From the NCBI GenBank assembly GCA_964617735.1, contig CAZTXT010000001.1, positions 600,549 to 664,548 of the forward strand: a stretch of DNA of 64,000 nt, in the 5' to 3' direction. A program made the translations under genes and the position numbers. The notes below the pieces were generated by a model that worked only from the letters and a program-made list of their open reading frames with translations, was not told where the DNA came from and did no database searches. The DNA is from an uncultured Candidatus Saccharibacteria bacterium. Its GTDB lineage: Bacteria > Patescibacteriota > Minisyncoccia > Phycocordibacterales > DSPV01. Positions 53,895-63,273 of the stretch are shown in pieces. Position 1 is the stretch's first letter. Each line of letters opens with the position of its first letter.

Positions 53895-54190
53895 TACCCT
53901 AAAAAGTAAGTTGATGCAAGTTTCGGTAAGATGGTGCGAAACCTATAATGAGTTTAGTAGTTGTGCTTCCTGGTAGGATGTGTAGACCAGGTGGTGTCTC
54001 AAAGCTGGCGCCAGTCTTTTGTTCCACCAGCAACCGGTATTGATGGCACAAATAACCGTAAAGCCCATGGCCTTGCTAAATCAGAGCGGAAAGCTTACGC
54101 CCTGGCAGTAGCGCATGTGCCGCGGGAACAAACCCGCTCCGAAGCGGGTCCGACTATGAGCGCCTGGACTTCCATTCCGGGCGCTTTTTT
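53895..54190 (+). ncRNA. Candidate structured ncRNA: TATAAT element at 53944-53949, several stable hairpins, plus-strand intrinsic terminator 54160-54190 with no plus-strand gene
   Basis: Hairpins CCTGGT..ACCAGG (53968-53990), ACCCGCTCCGAAGCGGGT (54132-54149), terminator GCGCCTGG-ACTTCCATT-CCGGGCGC-TTTTTT; identity unknown. Confidence 0.25.
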
Positions 54191-55511
54191 AGTTGGCATT
54201 CAACACATCAATGAGCCCTTGATACTTCGTCGCCAAACTCATGACATCATCCCCGTAAAACGCATAAGCGCTTTTAGTGGCATTCTTCCAGCCAGCGAGA
54301 TAGCGAAGGGCCGCGAGACGCTCGGCCTGCGGGGTGTGCGTGCTCGCACCATTATCGGCCAAGAGGATAGCCGATGCCATGATCGCATCCTGCGGATCCC
54401 AAGGATTGGGCGGAGTATGTCCTGTTGCCGAGGCGATTCGATCCTCGTAGAGAATCCACGTTGAAGGAATGAACTGCGCGGGCCCCATCGCACCGCCATA
54501 GCCATACCACGGCTTTTTTGAAACCGGCATCTTGTCGGGATCAAGCCCCAAACGCTTGCAGATGTCGAGGAACGGAACCGTATCGCGCGGATTCGCCATA
54601 TCGATCTGCCAATTGCCCGTTCCGACATTTTCTCCCAAGTTGGATTCCTCGGCGATGATACCGAGAATAAGGGCGGCCCGTACACCAGTTTTAGCCGATG
54701 CGGTTTGCGCGTATTGGTACGCTTTCTCGAATGGAATGGCCGCGGAACCACGCAGAGTGAAGAGCTCCGCACGGATGGACGCCGCGCTTTTTTGCTTATC
54801 AGCGATGATGCGTTGATAAATAGCCTCGACTCCTTTGGAGACCGCGAGAATGGCTTTTTTCTCTTGCTCCTGCTGCTCAATGCGCTTCTGCTCAAGGACC
54901 TGTATCTGCCGTAGGGATACCTCTTCGGCCGTTTTATCCTCCAGCGATGCCTTTTGCGTTTCAGTCTGGGTCCGATGGTCGACGAGCGAGGTGTATGAGC
55001 CCTGCAGAGAGGCTTTCACTGCATCAAATGAGTCAAGATCTTCGAAAAATGAGGATATATCCTTGCCGCTCAAAAGTATCTCGGCGAGGGTATACGAATC
55101 AAGCTGGTTGGTCTGCCGTAATATCTGGGCAAGCGACTCCCGCTCCCGATCAAGCCTGCCGGAGAGTCCTGCGATGATGGTCGTTTTGCCGGCAATGTCG
55201 TCTTTGAGTTGTGCGATCTCGATATCACGGGCTTTGATGGAGAGTTTTGACTTCTCGATGCTCGCATTGAGTATCGCAAGGTCGCGTTCAAGCGATACCC
55301 GTTCCTGCTGCTTCGATTCGAGGATCTTTTGCTGGTCGGCGATCTCTTGCTCAAGAGTTGCAAGGTCCTGTTCGAGTTGGGCACGCCGGGAATTGACATC
55401 CTGGGCATTTGCGAGATGAGCCGAGAGCGCCACAACCAGCACGATCAAGGCTAAAGAGGCTCTGTAAGCAGACCTGATGGTGCGCGGTACGCGAGGGTTT
55501 AGAAGGCGCAT
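54189..55511 (-). CDS. Secreted coiled-coil protein with C-terminal lysozyme-like/lytic transglycosylase-type domain
   Basis: Signal peptide (MRLLNPRVP...ALSAHLANA), about 250 aa of heptad-rich coiled coil, C-terminal ...ILGIIAEESNLGENVG... domain; start placed after terminator at 55541-55580. Confidence 0.7.
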   Translation of the reverse strand: MRLLNPRVPRTIRSAYRASLALIVLVVALSAHLANAQDVNSRRAQLEQDLATLEQEIADQQKILESKQQERVSLERDLAILNASIEKSKLSIKARDIEIAQLKDDIAGKTTIIAGLSGRLDRERESLAQILRQTNQLDSYTLAEILLSGKDISSFFEDLDSFDAVKASLQGSYTSLVDHRTQTETQKASLEDKTAEEVSLRQIQVLEQKRIEQQEQEKKAILAVSKGVEAIYQRIIADKQKSAASIRAELFTLRGSAAIPFEKAYQYAQTASAKTGVRAALILGIIAEESNLGENVGTGNWQIDMANPRDTVPFLDICKRLGLDPDKMPVSKKPWYGYGGAMGPAQFIPSTWILYEDRIASATGHTPPNPWDPQDAIMASAILLADNGASTHTPQAERLAALRYLAGWKNATKSAYAFYGDDVMSLATKYQGLIDVLNAN

Positions 55512-55540
55512 GCGTCTATTGTACCCAACCGAAGCCAGTC

Positions 55541-55580
55541 GCACAAAAACCCCGCATTTGCGGGGTTTTTGTGCCTTTTT
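55541..55580. terminator. Bidirectional rho-independent terminator (GCACAAAAACCCCGC-ATTT-GCGGGGTTTTTGTGC)
   Basis: 15-bp near-perfect stem with embedded A/T runs. Confidence 0.8.
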
Positions 55581-55582
55581 CA

Positions 55583-56257
55583 TTATTTCTCGGCTGCTTT
55601 AGGTGCTTCAGCTCCCTCTGCCACGGCTTCCTCGCCTTCCTTCGCTTCCTTACCTTTCTTCTCGACTTCGATAGCAGAGAGATCGATGGCCTCGGGCGGC
55701 TTCTCCTCCTCGACTTTCGCTTCAGTAATAGCGGCAACGACCTCATCGGCGTGGGCGATGAGCGCCACACCCGTGGGCAGTACGATATCCTTCGCCAAAA
55801 TCTGGCTCTTGAGATCAACGAGTGCTCCAATATCAACGGTGATGCGGCTTGGAAGATCTTTCGGAAGGGATTCTATCTCTACTTCGTGCAGAACCTTCAC
55901 CAGAATGCCGCCAAGGTCTTTGACCGCTGGCGCCATCCCGACGAACTCTATCGGAACCTTCACTTTGAGCTTCTTGTCTTTCTCAACGACATAAAAATCG
56001 GCATGGATCGGCACGCCCGTCACCGGATCACGCGAGACGTCCTGTATTAAAACCTGTTTCTCATCATCGCCATCTTTGAGCGTGATGATCGAGCTCTCTC
56101 CGGCAGACTTCCATACCTTGATGAAGTCGCCTCGGCGGACCGAGATCGGCGTTGATCGCTCCTTGCGACCATAAAAAACAGCCGGAACCAGACCTTTGCG
56201 TCTGACTTCTACGGCATTTTGCTTCCCATCACGTTTCTCTATAGCCAGCAATAACAT
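55583..56257 (-). CDS. rplY: 50S ribosomal protein L25 / general stress protein Ctc form
   Basis: L25 beta-barrel N-domain (RRKGLVPAVFYG) plus Ctc-type C-terminal domain and acidic tail. Confidence 0.9.
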   Translation of the reverse strand: MLLLAIEKRDGKQNAVEVRRKGLVPAVFYGRKERSTPISVRRGDFIKVWKSAGESSIITLKDGDDEKQVLIQDVSRDPVTGVPIHADFYVVEKDKKLKVKVPIEFVGMAPAVKDLGGILVKVLHEVEIESLPKDLPSRITVDIGALVDLKSQILAKDIVLPTGVALIAHADEVVAAITEAKVEEEKPPEAIDLSAIEVEKKGKEAKEGEEAVAEGAEAPKAAEK

Positions 56258-56301
56258 AGCTGCCTAGTATATACAACTTCAAGAAAAAAGCAAAAACAGC
56301 C

Positions 56302-57174
56302 CTAGATCGAGGTGGCATCCGCCACCTGATGCCGCGGTAAACCCTCGGCGTAGAGCTCCTGCGCTTCGCCCAGGGTTACGGAATGACCATAGACATGCAC
56401 CTCGTCGAGCGATCCGACCACCGTAAAACCATTGGGTGGGTAGGGATTCTCGCCAACAACAAAAAAGATACTGCTCATGCCGTTGCCAAAAGATCCGGTG
56501 GGGTGGCTAAAGGGAACCGACCGATCTAGCTTGCTATCAACGTAAATTGACACAACTTTATTCATATCCACTGATACCAGCACATAGTGCCAGATACCAT
56601 CCGAAACGTTCTTTAATGAGCCGGCACCAACATTACAACCAGAAACTCCCCAATTCATGTAGAAATCAACGACGCCATTGCTCAAACAAAGAGAGAAATT
56701 GTAACCAGGACTTAAGCCCACTGTCCCGTCCACCGATGCAATGAATTGCGTTGCTGTAGATGATGTCTTTATCCATGCGCCTATCGAAATATTCGCCCCT
56801 CCATTGCTTGCAGGGATGCTTACATTTGGATTAGTGGCAGTCGTCCCGTAATGATTACTTAGGGTCACTGCATAACCTCTCCCTAAAGCGCCGGTAATCC
56901 AGGTGGGTGCTGAATTGAAGGTAAAGCCAAAATTATTGCCTGATGAATCGGTGGCTGATGACCCGCTGCCTTCGTCAAAATCCCAAAGGGCATACGCATC
57001 GGAGCCGAAGAGATGATAGGCGGAAGCAGAAAACTCCTTTGCGGCTGCCAATGAAGCCTTTTGGCGAGTACCGTTAATCGAGGCGAGGACAATGCTCGCG
57101 AGCAGGCTGATGATCGATATCACCACCAAAAGCTCGATGAGGGTGAAACCTTTCGCGCTTTTCCAAGACTTCAT
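56302..57174 (-). CDS. Type IV pilin-like protein with C-terminal LamG/concanavalin-A-like lectin domain
   Basis: MKSWKSAKGFTLIELLVVISIISLLASIVLASI prepilin signal at internal Met; C-terminal region with LamG-like beta-sandwich features (DGIWHYVLVSVD...). Confidence 0.75.
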   Translation of the reverse strand: MKSWKSAKGFTLIELLVVISIISLLASIVLASINGTRQKASLAAAKEFSASAYHLFGSDAYALWDFDEGSGSSATDSSGNNFGFTFNSAPTWITGALGRGYAVTLSNHYGTTATNPNVSIPASNGGANISIGAWIKTSSTATQFIASVDGTVGLSPGYNFSLCLSNGVVDFYMNWGVSGCNVGAGSLKNVSDGIWHYVLVSVDMNKVVSIYVDSKLDRSVPFSHPTGSFGNGMSSIFFVVGENPYPPNGFTVVGSLDEVHVYGHSVTLGEAQELYAEGLPRHQVADATSI

Positions 57175-57383
57175 AGAATAGTAGAGAAGAAATAGGCGGA
57201 CGCGGCGAAAGCGATGATCGCGATGATGATGAGAATGACCCCGGCCCCTTTCTCGGTCTTCACCAACCCGTGCCGCATGAGCCACCGGACCATGCCGGGA
57301 GTCCTCGCTTCGCCTAAAATAGTGCGCGAGCGGAATTGATAGAGATCCTGGCTCGTTTCATCATTGAATTGTACGTCAGGCAT
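57171..57383 (-). CDS. Small tail-anchored membrane protein, pilin-associated (paralog of 14427-14711)
   Basis: 70 aa; stop overlaps pilin ATG (ATGA); aligns with 14427-14711 product (V.F.D..SQ...GE....G.V.W..R.GLV....A.VILIIIAIIAFAASAYFF). Confidence 0.5.
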   Translation of the reverse strand: MPDVQFNDETSQDLYQFRSRTILGEARTPGMVRWLMRHGLVKTEKGAGVILIIIAIIAFAASAYFFSTIL

Positions 57384-57464
57384 AATTGTAAACTCTTATA
57401 TTATACCCTTATAGTACCGCAATCAGAGGCTATCGGGCGTAAAGTTATGCACATTCATCGAGAG

Positions 57465-58070
57465 CTAGTTTCCAACTAAGAAATTCAAGTTCGAAGTACT
57501 CCCCCACGGATTTGGGGAGCATGTGCCGCTGCTGCCTGTCTTATCAAAACAGAGTGTCTGGCTAATGCCCGGGTTTTCCAGTCGTGTCGCAAGCACAAAA
57601 TCAGATGTAAGCCCTGTGCACATGTAGGTAGTATCCGAAACCTTGCGCAGTCCCCGTGCGTAGACGTATTCATAACCAGTAGCCGAGTGAGCATTGAGCG
57701 GATCGTTGGGGATGGAGGAGATATAGGCTGGAATTGTATTGAGCGCACTCAGCAAGCCATAGTGGTTAACGGTGGTGCCGATGCAGAGGTTGTAGGTAGC
57801 CGAAGGGCAACCCGATAAGAAACCGGTATTCGAAGGATCACCGCCCGTAGCCACGCAAGTGGGATACAAAGAGTAGTCATCGTAGTATTGTTCAATCGAA
57901 AGCTGTATCTGGGTGAGATCCGATTGGCGTTGTGCATCGCGCGCCTTGCGCCGAGAGGTATTGAAATTAGCCAATATCAAGGCGACCAGTATCGCGATAA
58001 TAGCGAGAACCACCAGAATCTCGATGAGCGTAAAACCTCGTATGCGCCGCGTAACGATCATACCGCTCAT
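57465..58070 (-). CDS. Type IV pilin (prepilin-type N-terminal cleavage/methylation domain)
   Basis: RRIRGFTLIEILVVLAIIAILVALILANF. Confidence 0.8.
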   Translation of the reverse strand: MSGMIVTRRIRGFTLIEILVVLAIIAILVALILANFNTSRRKARDAQRQSDLTQIQLSIEQYYDDYSLYPTCVATGGDPSNTGFLSGCPSATYNLCIGTTVNHYGLLSALNTIPAYISSIPNDPLNAHSATGYEYVYARGLRKVSDTTYMCTGLTSDFVLATRLENPGISQTLCFDKTGSSGTCSPNPWGSTSNLNFLVGN

Positions 58071-59038
58071 TGTACACTATTGGCCGGAGTGCTACCGTCG
58101 AAAAAACTGATAAGATTGGCGGCAACGATGCGGCTCATATCCGCCCGTGCTTCCGCTGTCGCCGAAGCGATATGCGGCGTCATGACCACATTCATGAGCT
58201 TCGTGAAGCGTTTCGATACCTTCGGCTCGAATTCGTACACATCCATCGCGGCGCCGCGGATTTCATTTCTTGAGAGGGCGTCGGCGAGCGCATGCTCGTC
58301 GACGACTGGACCGCGGGAGGTATTGATGAGATACGCGCTTGGCTTCATCATCGAAAGCCGTCGGGCGTCGATAAGATGGCGTGTTTGTTCGGTCAACAGT
58401 ACGTGCAAGGTCACGATATCTGCGGCCTTGAGAACATCTTCAGTTGACGGCACAAAAATCGCTCCATAATCGCGCTCGACGCGCTCGTTGCGCATCATAT
58501 CGAAATAGATGACCTTCATACCAAAACCCTGCACCGCCTTTTGCATGACATACGCGCCGATATGACCGGCACCGATGACCCCCAATGTTTTCCCTTTAAT
58601 ATCCTCTCCGATCATGAGGTTGGGATCCCAGCCCTTGTATTTCCCTTGCCGGACGAATTCGTCTCCCTCCATGACCCGATGGGTCAGCGCCATGATAAGC
58701 GCCATCGTATGTTCCGCAACGCTCTCGTTGACGGCGTCAGAAGGAGTATTGGTGATGGTTATGCCGCGGCGTTTTGCTTCAGTAGTGTCTATATTGTTGA
58801 AGCCGACGGCGTAATTAGCGTATATCTTAACGCTCTTGGCGGCGTCGAAAACCAAGGCATCTATGGTATCGTTCAAAAGGCAGATAACACCGTCATAAGA
58901 AGCAGCCTTGAGCTCCTTGATGAGCTCGACATGCGTGAGCGCTCGATCTTTAGAATTGACCGTGACCACGTGTCCTCTCTCCCTCAACAGCGACAGACAC
59001 GGTTCTGGTATGGCTCTGGTCAAATAAATGCTCGACAT
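58067..59038 (-). CDS. D-isomer-specific 2-hydroxyacid dehydrogenase (glyoxylate/hydroxypyruvate reductase / PGDH-like)
   Basis: NAD-binding GVIGAGHIG, catalytic R..E..H triad region (NTSRG...MTPHIAS). Confidence 0.9.
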   Translation of the reverse strand: MSSIYLTRAIPEPCLSLLRERGHVVTVNSKDRALTHVELIKELKAASYDGVICLLNDTIDALVFDAAKSVKIYANYAVGFNNIDTTEAKRRGITITNTPSDAVNESVAEHTMALIMALTHRVMEGDEFVRQGKYKGWDPNLMIGEDIKGKTLGVIGAGHIGAYVMQKAVQGFGMKVIYFDMMRNERVERDYGAIFVPSTEDVLKAADIVTLHVLLTEQTRHLIDARRLSMMKPSAYLINTSRGPVVDEHALADALSRNEIRGAAMDVYEFEPKVSKRFTKLMNVVMTPHIASATAEARADMSRIVAANLISFFDGSTPANSVQ

Positions 59039-59041
59039 AGT

Positions 59042-59911
59042 CTATTTTATTTTATTGAACAATCGAAGTTTCTCATCCACGACTTTCTCGACGGCTGCCG
59101 TTGCGGCCTTGAGGTATTTATACGGGGCAACTTCGTCGGGATCGTTCTGCAGAGCGAGCTGAAGGCCGTTTCGAAAGGCAACGCGCAACTCGGTGCTCAC
59201 ATGGACGATACCGACCCCTTCGGCGATGGCGGCCGCGATATCCTCATTCGAATTGCCTGATGCTCCGTGGAGCACCATCGGCACCTCGAGTGCCTTATGA
59301 AGCGCCTTGACGCGCGCGATATTGAGATTGGGGTCATGACCACTCTTGAGCATGCCGTGGATATTCCCTACGGCGGGAGCGAGCAGATCTATTCCGGTCG
59401 CGCGCACAAAACGCGCCGCGTCCTCGGGTTTCGTCAGATACTCTTCCGCTATCTTGACGCCGGGTGGCAGCTCGGCGCGAACCGAAGATGATTTGCCGAT
59501 AAAGCCGAGTTCTCCCTCGACCAGCATGCCCGGACGATGACGCGTCGCGTATTCGACGCATTCACGAGCGGTCTTGGCATTCTCATCAAAAGAAAGCTCC
59601 GTACCGTCAAAAATGACCGCGTCGAATCCGGCATCAACCGCTTCCTTCACCCGCTCGAGGCTGTAGGTATGGTCAGCATTCGAAAATATCGGGAATTCGA
59701 ACTGCTCTCGAATGCCCTGAATGAGCCGCGCCGCCTGCTGCACGCCGATAAAATCGCGTTCGCCCTCAGAAAATCCGACGATGACGGGAACATTAAGCTT
59801 TTGCGCGGCGCGGAAAATGGGCCAGACCATATCGGCGCTTCCAGCGTTGAAATGGCCGATGGCTTTCCCATGCTTGATTGCATCATGGATACGTTCGCGC
59901 AAAAACTTCAT
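59042..59911 (-). CDS. fba: Class II fructose/tagatose-bisphosphate aldolase
   Basis: Class II aldolase signatures (HFNAGS, DHTYS, GELG, HGASG). Confidence 0.9.
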   Translation of the reverse strand: MKFLRERIHDAIKHGKAIGHFNAGSADMVWPIFRAAQKLNVPVIVGFSEGERDFIGVQQAARLIQGIREQFEFPIFSNADHTYSLERVKEAVDAGFDAVIFDGTELSFDENAKTARECVEYATRHRPGMLVEGELGFIGKSSSVRAELPPGVKIAEEYLTKPEDAARFVRATGIDLLAPAVGNIHGMLKSGHDPNLNIARVKALHKALEVPMVLHGASGNSNEDIAAAIAEGVGIVHVSTELRVAFRNGLQLALQNDPDEVAPYKYLKAATAAVEKVVDEKLRLFNKIK

Positions 59912-59983
59912 TGTCTCATTGTATCACGCAGACAACGCTCACAATCCCCATTGAGAGAAAGCGAAGCATGCTATACTTTCCAT

Positions 59984-60973
59984 ATGGCAATGCTCGATTT
60001 TCTGGCAGTCGGGGATATTACCATCGACACTTTCATACGTCTCAAAGAGGCACAGGTGCACTGCGATCTCAACCATGAGCATTGCCGGCTCTCCATTTCA
60101 TTCGGTGACAAAATACCCTATGAATTTGCTGAGGATATCTCTGCAGTCGGAAATTCGCCCAATGCCGCTGTCTCCGCCGCGCGCCTCGGTCTTGTATCAG
60201 GACTGGTGAGCGACATCGGAAAAGACCGCGGTGGAGAAGAATGCCTCATGCAGCTCAAAAAAGAAGGAGTGAATACGAAATTCGTCTCGATCCACCAAGG
60301 CCTGCCGACGAACCATCACTATGTGCTCTGGTACGAGGACGAGCGCACGATCCTCGTCAAACACACACCATATCCTTACCACTTCCCTGCCGTCGCAGCG
60401 CCACGCTGGATCTACCTAAGCTCTATCGGCGCGAACTCCGAGAAGTATCACGACGAGATTGCAGAGTATCTCGAGAAAAATTCCTCCGTCAAACTGGCCT
60501 TCCAGCCCGGAACATTCCAGATTAACGCAGGCAAAGAAAGAATGGGGAGGCTCTATGCACGGGCCGAGGTCATCGCCGTCAACGTTGAAGAAGCTCGTAA
60601 AATCACGGGGGCAGAAGATGCCACTCCGACCGACTTGCTAAATGCGCTCCGTACACTCGGACCGAAAATGGCGCTCGTTACGGACGGTCCCAAAGGCGCG
60701 TACCTGCACGACGGCACCGACCAATGGTTCCTGCCGATCTACCCAGACAAAAAACCTCCCTACCAGCGCACTGGTGCGGGAGATGCGACTGCGTCATCGT
60801 TCGTTTCAGGGATGATAGCCGGGCAAACACCCATAGAGGCTCTCAAATGGGGGCATATCAACGCACAATCGGTAGTTCAACAGCTCGGGGCACAGCGCGG
60901 ATTATTGACACGTTCAGAAGTAGAAAAAGCGCTCGCTGAAGCTCCACCGGAGTTCAAAGAAAAGAAACTTTAG
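59984..60973 (+). CDS. PfkB-family carbohydrate kinase (ribokinase-like)
   Basis: Start at MAMLDFLAVGDITID; C-terminal TGAGDA motif; upstream part of the 59537-60973 ORF overlaps fba and is spurious. Confidence 0.85.
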   Translation: MAMLDFLAVGDITIDTFIRLKEAQVHCDLNHEHCRLSISFGDKIPYEFAEDISAVGNSPNAAVSAARLGLVSGLVSDIGKDRGGEECLMQLKKEGVNTKFVSIHQGLPTNHHYVLWYEDERTILVKHTPYPYHFPAVAAPRWIYLSSIGANSEKYHDEIAEYLEKNSSVKLAFQPGTFQINAGKERMGRLYARAEVIAVNVEEARKITGAEDATPTDLLNALRTLGPKMALVTDGPKGAYLHDGTDQWFLPIYPDKKPPYQRTGAGDATASSFVSGMIAGQTPIEALKWGHINAQSVVQQLGAQRGLLTRSEVEKALAEAPPEFKEKKL

Positions 60974-61203
60974 TTCCCTTTCTTTCTTTTTATCTTCTTG
61001 GTGTAATTGAGCCACGCGGGACCAAGGGAGAGCACGTCCTCTATCTCCTGGATATTGAGCCGGGTAATCTTCAGTATCTCATTGTAGCAATGTACGCAGA
61101 CGTGGAATTTCTTCACCTCATCTCCCCTAGGCGGACTCAAAAGAAGCCCACCGGGTTTTTTAAGCTCTTTTTTGCAAAAATCGCAATACGGTCTTATCGC
61201 CAT
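60970..61203 (-). CDS. Small zinc-ribbon protein (77 aa, CxxC...CxxC) translationally coupled downstream of tktB
   Basis: MAIRPYCDFCKK...HVCVHCYN; ATG 2 nt after transketolase stop. Confidence 0.45.
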   Translation of the reverse strand: MAIRPYCDFCKKELKKPGGLLLSPPRGDEVKKFHVCVHCYNEILKITRLNIQEIEDVLSLGPAWLNYTKKIKRKKGN

Positions 61204-61204
61204 A

Positions 61205-62203
61205 TTATTTTCGTGCAATGGCTTTACGCGCTGCACTGACGATGTGCGCGGCATCCAACCCATAATGTGCAACGAGCTCTGCGGGAGAACCCGACTGGCC
61301 GAACTCGTCGTTAACCGCAACGAATTCGATCGGCACCGGTTTTTTCTGCGACAGGCACTCGGCTACCGCAGAACCCATGCCACCCATCCGCTGATGCTCT
61401 TCGACGGTAACGATCGCTCCGGCCTGCAGTGCAAGCTCGATGACCGCGGCCTCATCGAGTGGTTTTATGGTCGAGAGATTTAGGACCGAGACCGGTATAC
61501 GCTCGATCTCTTCAAGCTGACGAGCAGCCTTGAGCGCTTCATGCGTGAGCGACCCCGTCGCGATGATACCGACTGCTGGCGCGCCGCTTGCCGGAGAAAA
61601 AAGCAAACTCGCCTTTCCTATCTCAAAGGGCGTCTCGGCAGTCGTGATGACCGGCGTTTTCTCGCGCGCAAGGCGGATATAGACGGGCATCCCGGTTTTC
61701 GCGGCCGCTATTGTCGCCTTGTGCGCCTCAAACGCGTCGCAGGGCGATAGTACGATCATCCGCGGCATCACCCGCATCAGCGCAATGTCTTCAAGTGCTT
61801 GATGCGTTCCTCCATCGGGACCGACGGAAACGCCACCGTGGCTTCCTGCGATTTTGACCGGTACGTTGTTATACGCAATCGTCGTCCGAATCTGCTCCCA
61901 GTTTCTGCCCGGAGAGAACATCGCGTAAGACGTCACAAATGGTATCTTTCCCATTGCTGCCATTCCGCTCGCCACCGTCACTAAATTCTGCTCGGCAACA
62001 CCCACCTCAATAAACCGATTCGGAAATTTCTCTTTGAACAAATGCATCTGCGTTGACTCGGTGAGATCGGCGCACAGTCCCACCACCCGCTCATCAGCTT
62101 CTCCTGCAGTTAAAAGCCCTTGGCCGAAACCTTTTCGTATCGGCTGCATCTCGACATCTGCGTCGAAGAGTTTAGGATTAAGGTTGTGAGATAAAACCAA
62201 CAT
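61205..62203 (-). CDS. tktB: Transketolase C-terminal section (pyrimidine-binding + C-terminal domains)
   Basis: Split transketolase subunit B motifs (GSHGGVSVGPDGGTHQ...). Confidence 0.93.
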   Translation of the reverse strand: MLVLSHNLNPKLFDADVEMQPIRKGFGQGLLTAGEADERVVGLCADLTESTQMHLFKEKFPNRFIEVGVAEQNLVTVASGMAAMGKIPFVTSYAMFSPGRNWEQIRTTIAYNNVPVKIAGSHGGVSVGPDGGTHQALEDIALMRVMPRMIVLSPCDAFEAHKATIAAAKTGMPVYIRLAREKTPVITTAETPFEIGKASLLFSPASGAPAVGIIATGSLTHEALKAARQLEEIERIPVSVLNLSTIKPLDEAAVIELALQAGAIVTVEEHQRMGGMGSAVAECLSQKKPVPIEFVAVNDEFGQSGSPAELVAHYGLDAAHIVSAARKAIARK

Positions 62204-62312
62204 TATTTAATGCATCTTAGTTTGGAAAGGCCGATGGCAAAAACTAAAAAAACAACTACCCGCAATACAGACTTCACTTTGTTGGTTATTTCTTTTGAGT
62301 TTTCCATAATAC

Positions 62313-63179
62313 CTACTCATGTTCACTTCTAATTCTCCCTCCCAACGTACGCAGAGCTTTCAGCGCACGCTCGCCCTCCTCGCGGTTCGGGGGCTTGCCG
62401 TGCCATTCATACTTGCGCTCGAATTCGGGAACGCCGCGGCCCGGTATCGTATGCGCGATGATGACTGATGGCCGGTTGAACTCGGCCTTCGCTTCCCCGA
62501 TCGCGCCGTCGATCTGGTTAAAATTGTGTCCGTTGATCTCGATGACATGCCAGTTGAACGCATGCCATTTATCGGCAATGGGCTCCAAGGGCATGATGTC
62601 TTCCGTAAATCCATCAATCTGGATGTTATTGCGGTCAACGATAGCGATAAGATTCCCCAACCGCTCTTTTCCGGCAAGCATCACAGCTTCCCACGTGTTT
62701 CCCTCATCATGCTCTCCGTCCGACATCAGACAAAAAATGTAGCTGCCGGAGGATTTCCCGCGATCCATGCGCTGTGCTAAAGCCATACCGGCCGCTTGCG
62801 AGAGGCCACAGCCAAGCGGCCCAGAACTCGTCTCAAGTGCTGGAAAGAAGTCGCGGTGCGGATGGCCTTGAAACTTCGTTCCGAATTTGCGCAGCGTCTT
62901 TTTGAATTCGGAAACGCTCGCGTAGCCCGCGCTGGCCATCGCCGCATAGAGGATGGGGCAAATATGCCCGTTGGAGAGTACAAGCCGATCGCGTTCCTCC
63001 CACGTCGGGTTTTTAGGGTCATGCCGAAGAGCATGAAAGTAGAGGTATGCAAAGATATCCGCCATACCCAAAGGTCCCGCGGTATGTCCTGATCCCGCTT
63101 CCACAAGGGCCTCGATGACCATCATCCGAAGCTCGTTGGCTTTTTTCTCAAGAGCGAAGATTTTGCTATCAGAGAGCAT
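62313..63179 (-). CDS. tktA: Transketolase N-terminal section (TPP-binding)
   Basis: GSGHTAGPLGMADI and GDG.DEGNTWEA TPP-binding motifs. Confidence 0.93.
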   Translation of the reverse strand: MLSDSKIFALEKKANELRMMVIEALVEAGSGHTAGPLGMADIFAYLYFHALRHDPKNPTWEERDRLVLSNGHICPILYAAMASAGYASVSEFKKTLRKFGTKFQGHPHRDFFPALETSSGPLGCGLSQAAGMALAQRMDRGKSSGSYIFCLMSDGEHDEGNTWEAVMLAGKERLGNLIAIVDRNNIQIDGFTEDIMPLEPIADKWHAFNWHVIEINGHNFNQIDGAIGEAKAEFNRPSVIIAHTIPGRGVPEFERKYEWHGKPPNREEGERALKALRTLGGRIRSEHE

Positions 63180-63273
63180 AGAGAGTGAATGGCTAGAACT
63201 TTTGCATCAGAAACGATGAACGCAGCGCACCCTATCATTATAGGCTCAAAAGAAAGCGGTGAAAATCGGTTTC

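Noticed and set aside
54150-54190. Possible RNase P RNA (rnpB) on minus strand, based on a GGAAGUCCAGGCGCUCAUAG match to the P4 5' strand
   Set aside because: The motif is embedded in a local terminator hairpin. No matching ACAGAA...GGCUUA 3' P4 strand was found, and the available non-coding space (about 295 nt before rpmE) is short. An SRP-RNA helix-8 resemblance was likewise too weak.
53961-54464. 167-aa plus-strand ORF spanning the rpmE-upstream intergenic region into the transglycosylase gene
   Set aside because: It runs through an intrinsic terminator and is antisense to a supported CDS. The region is more plausibly non-coding RNA or UTR.
59537-59983. Upstream 149 codons of the 59537-60973 ORF
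   Set aside because: This part overlaps fba on the opposite strand. PfkB-kinase homology begins at MAMLDFLAVGD (59984).
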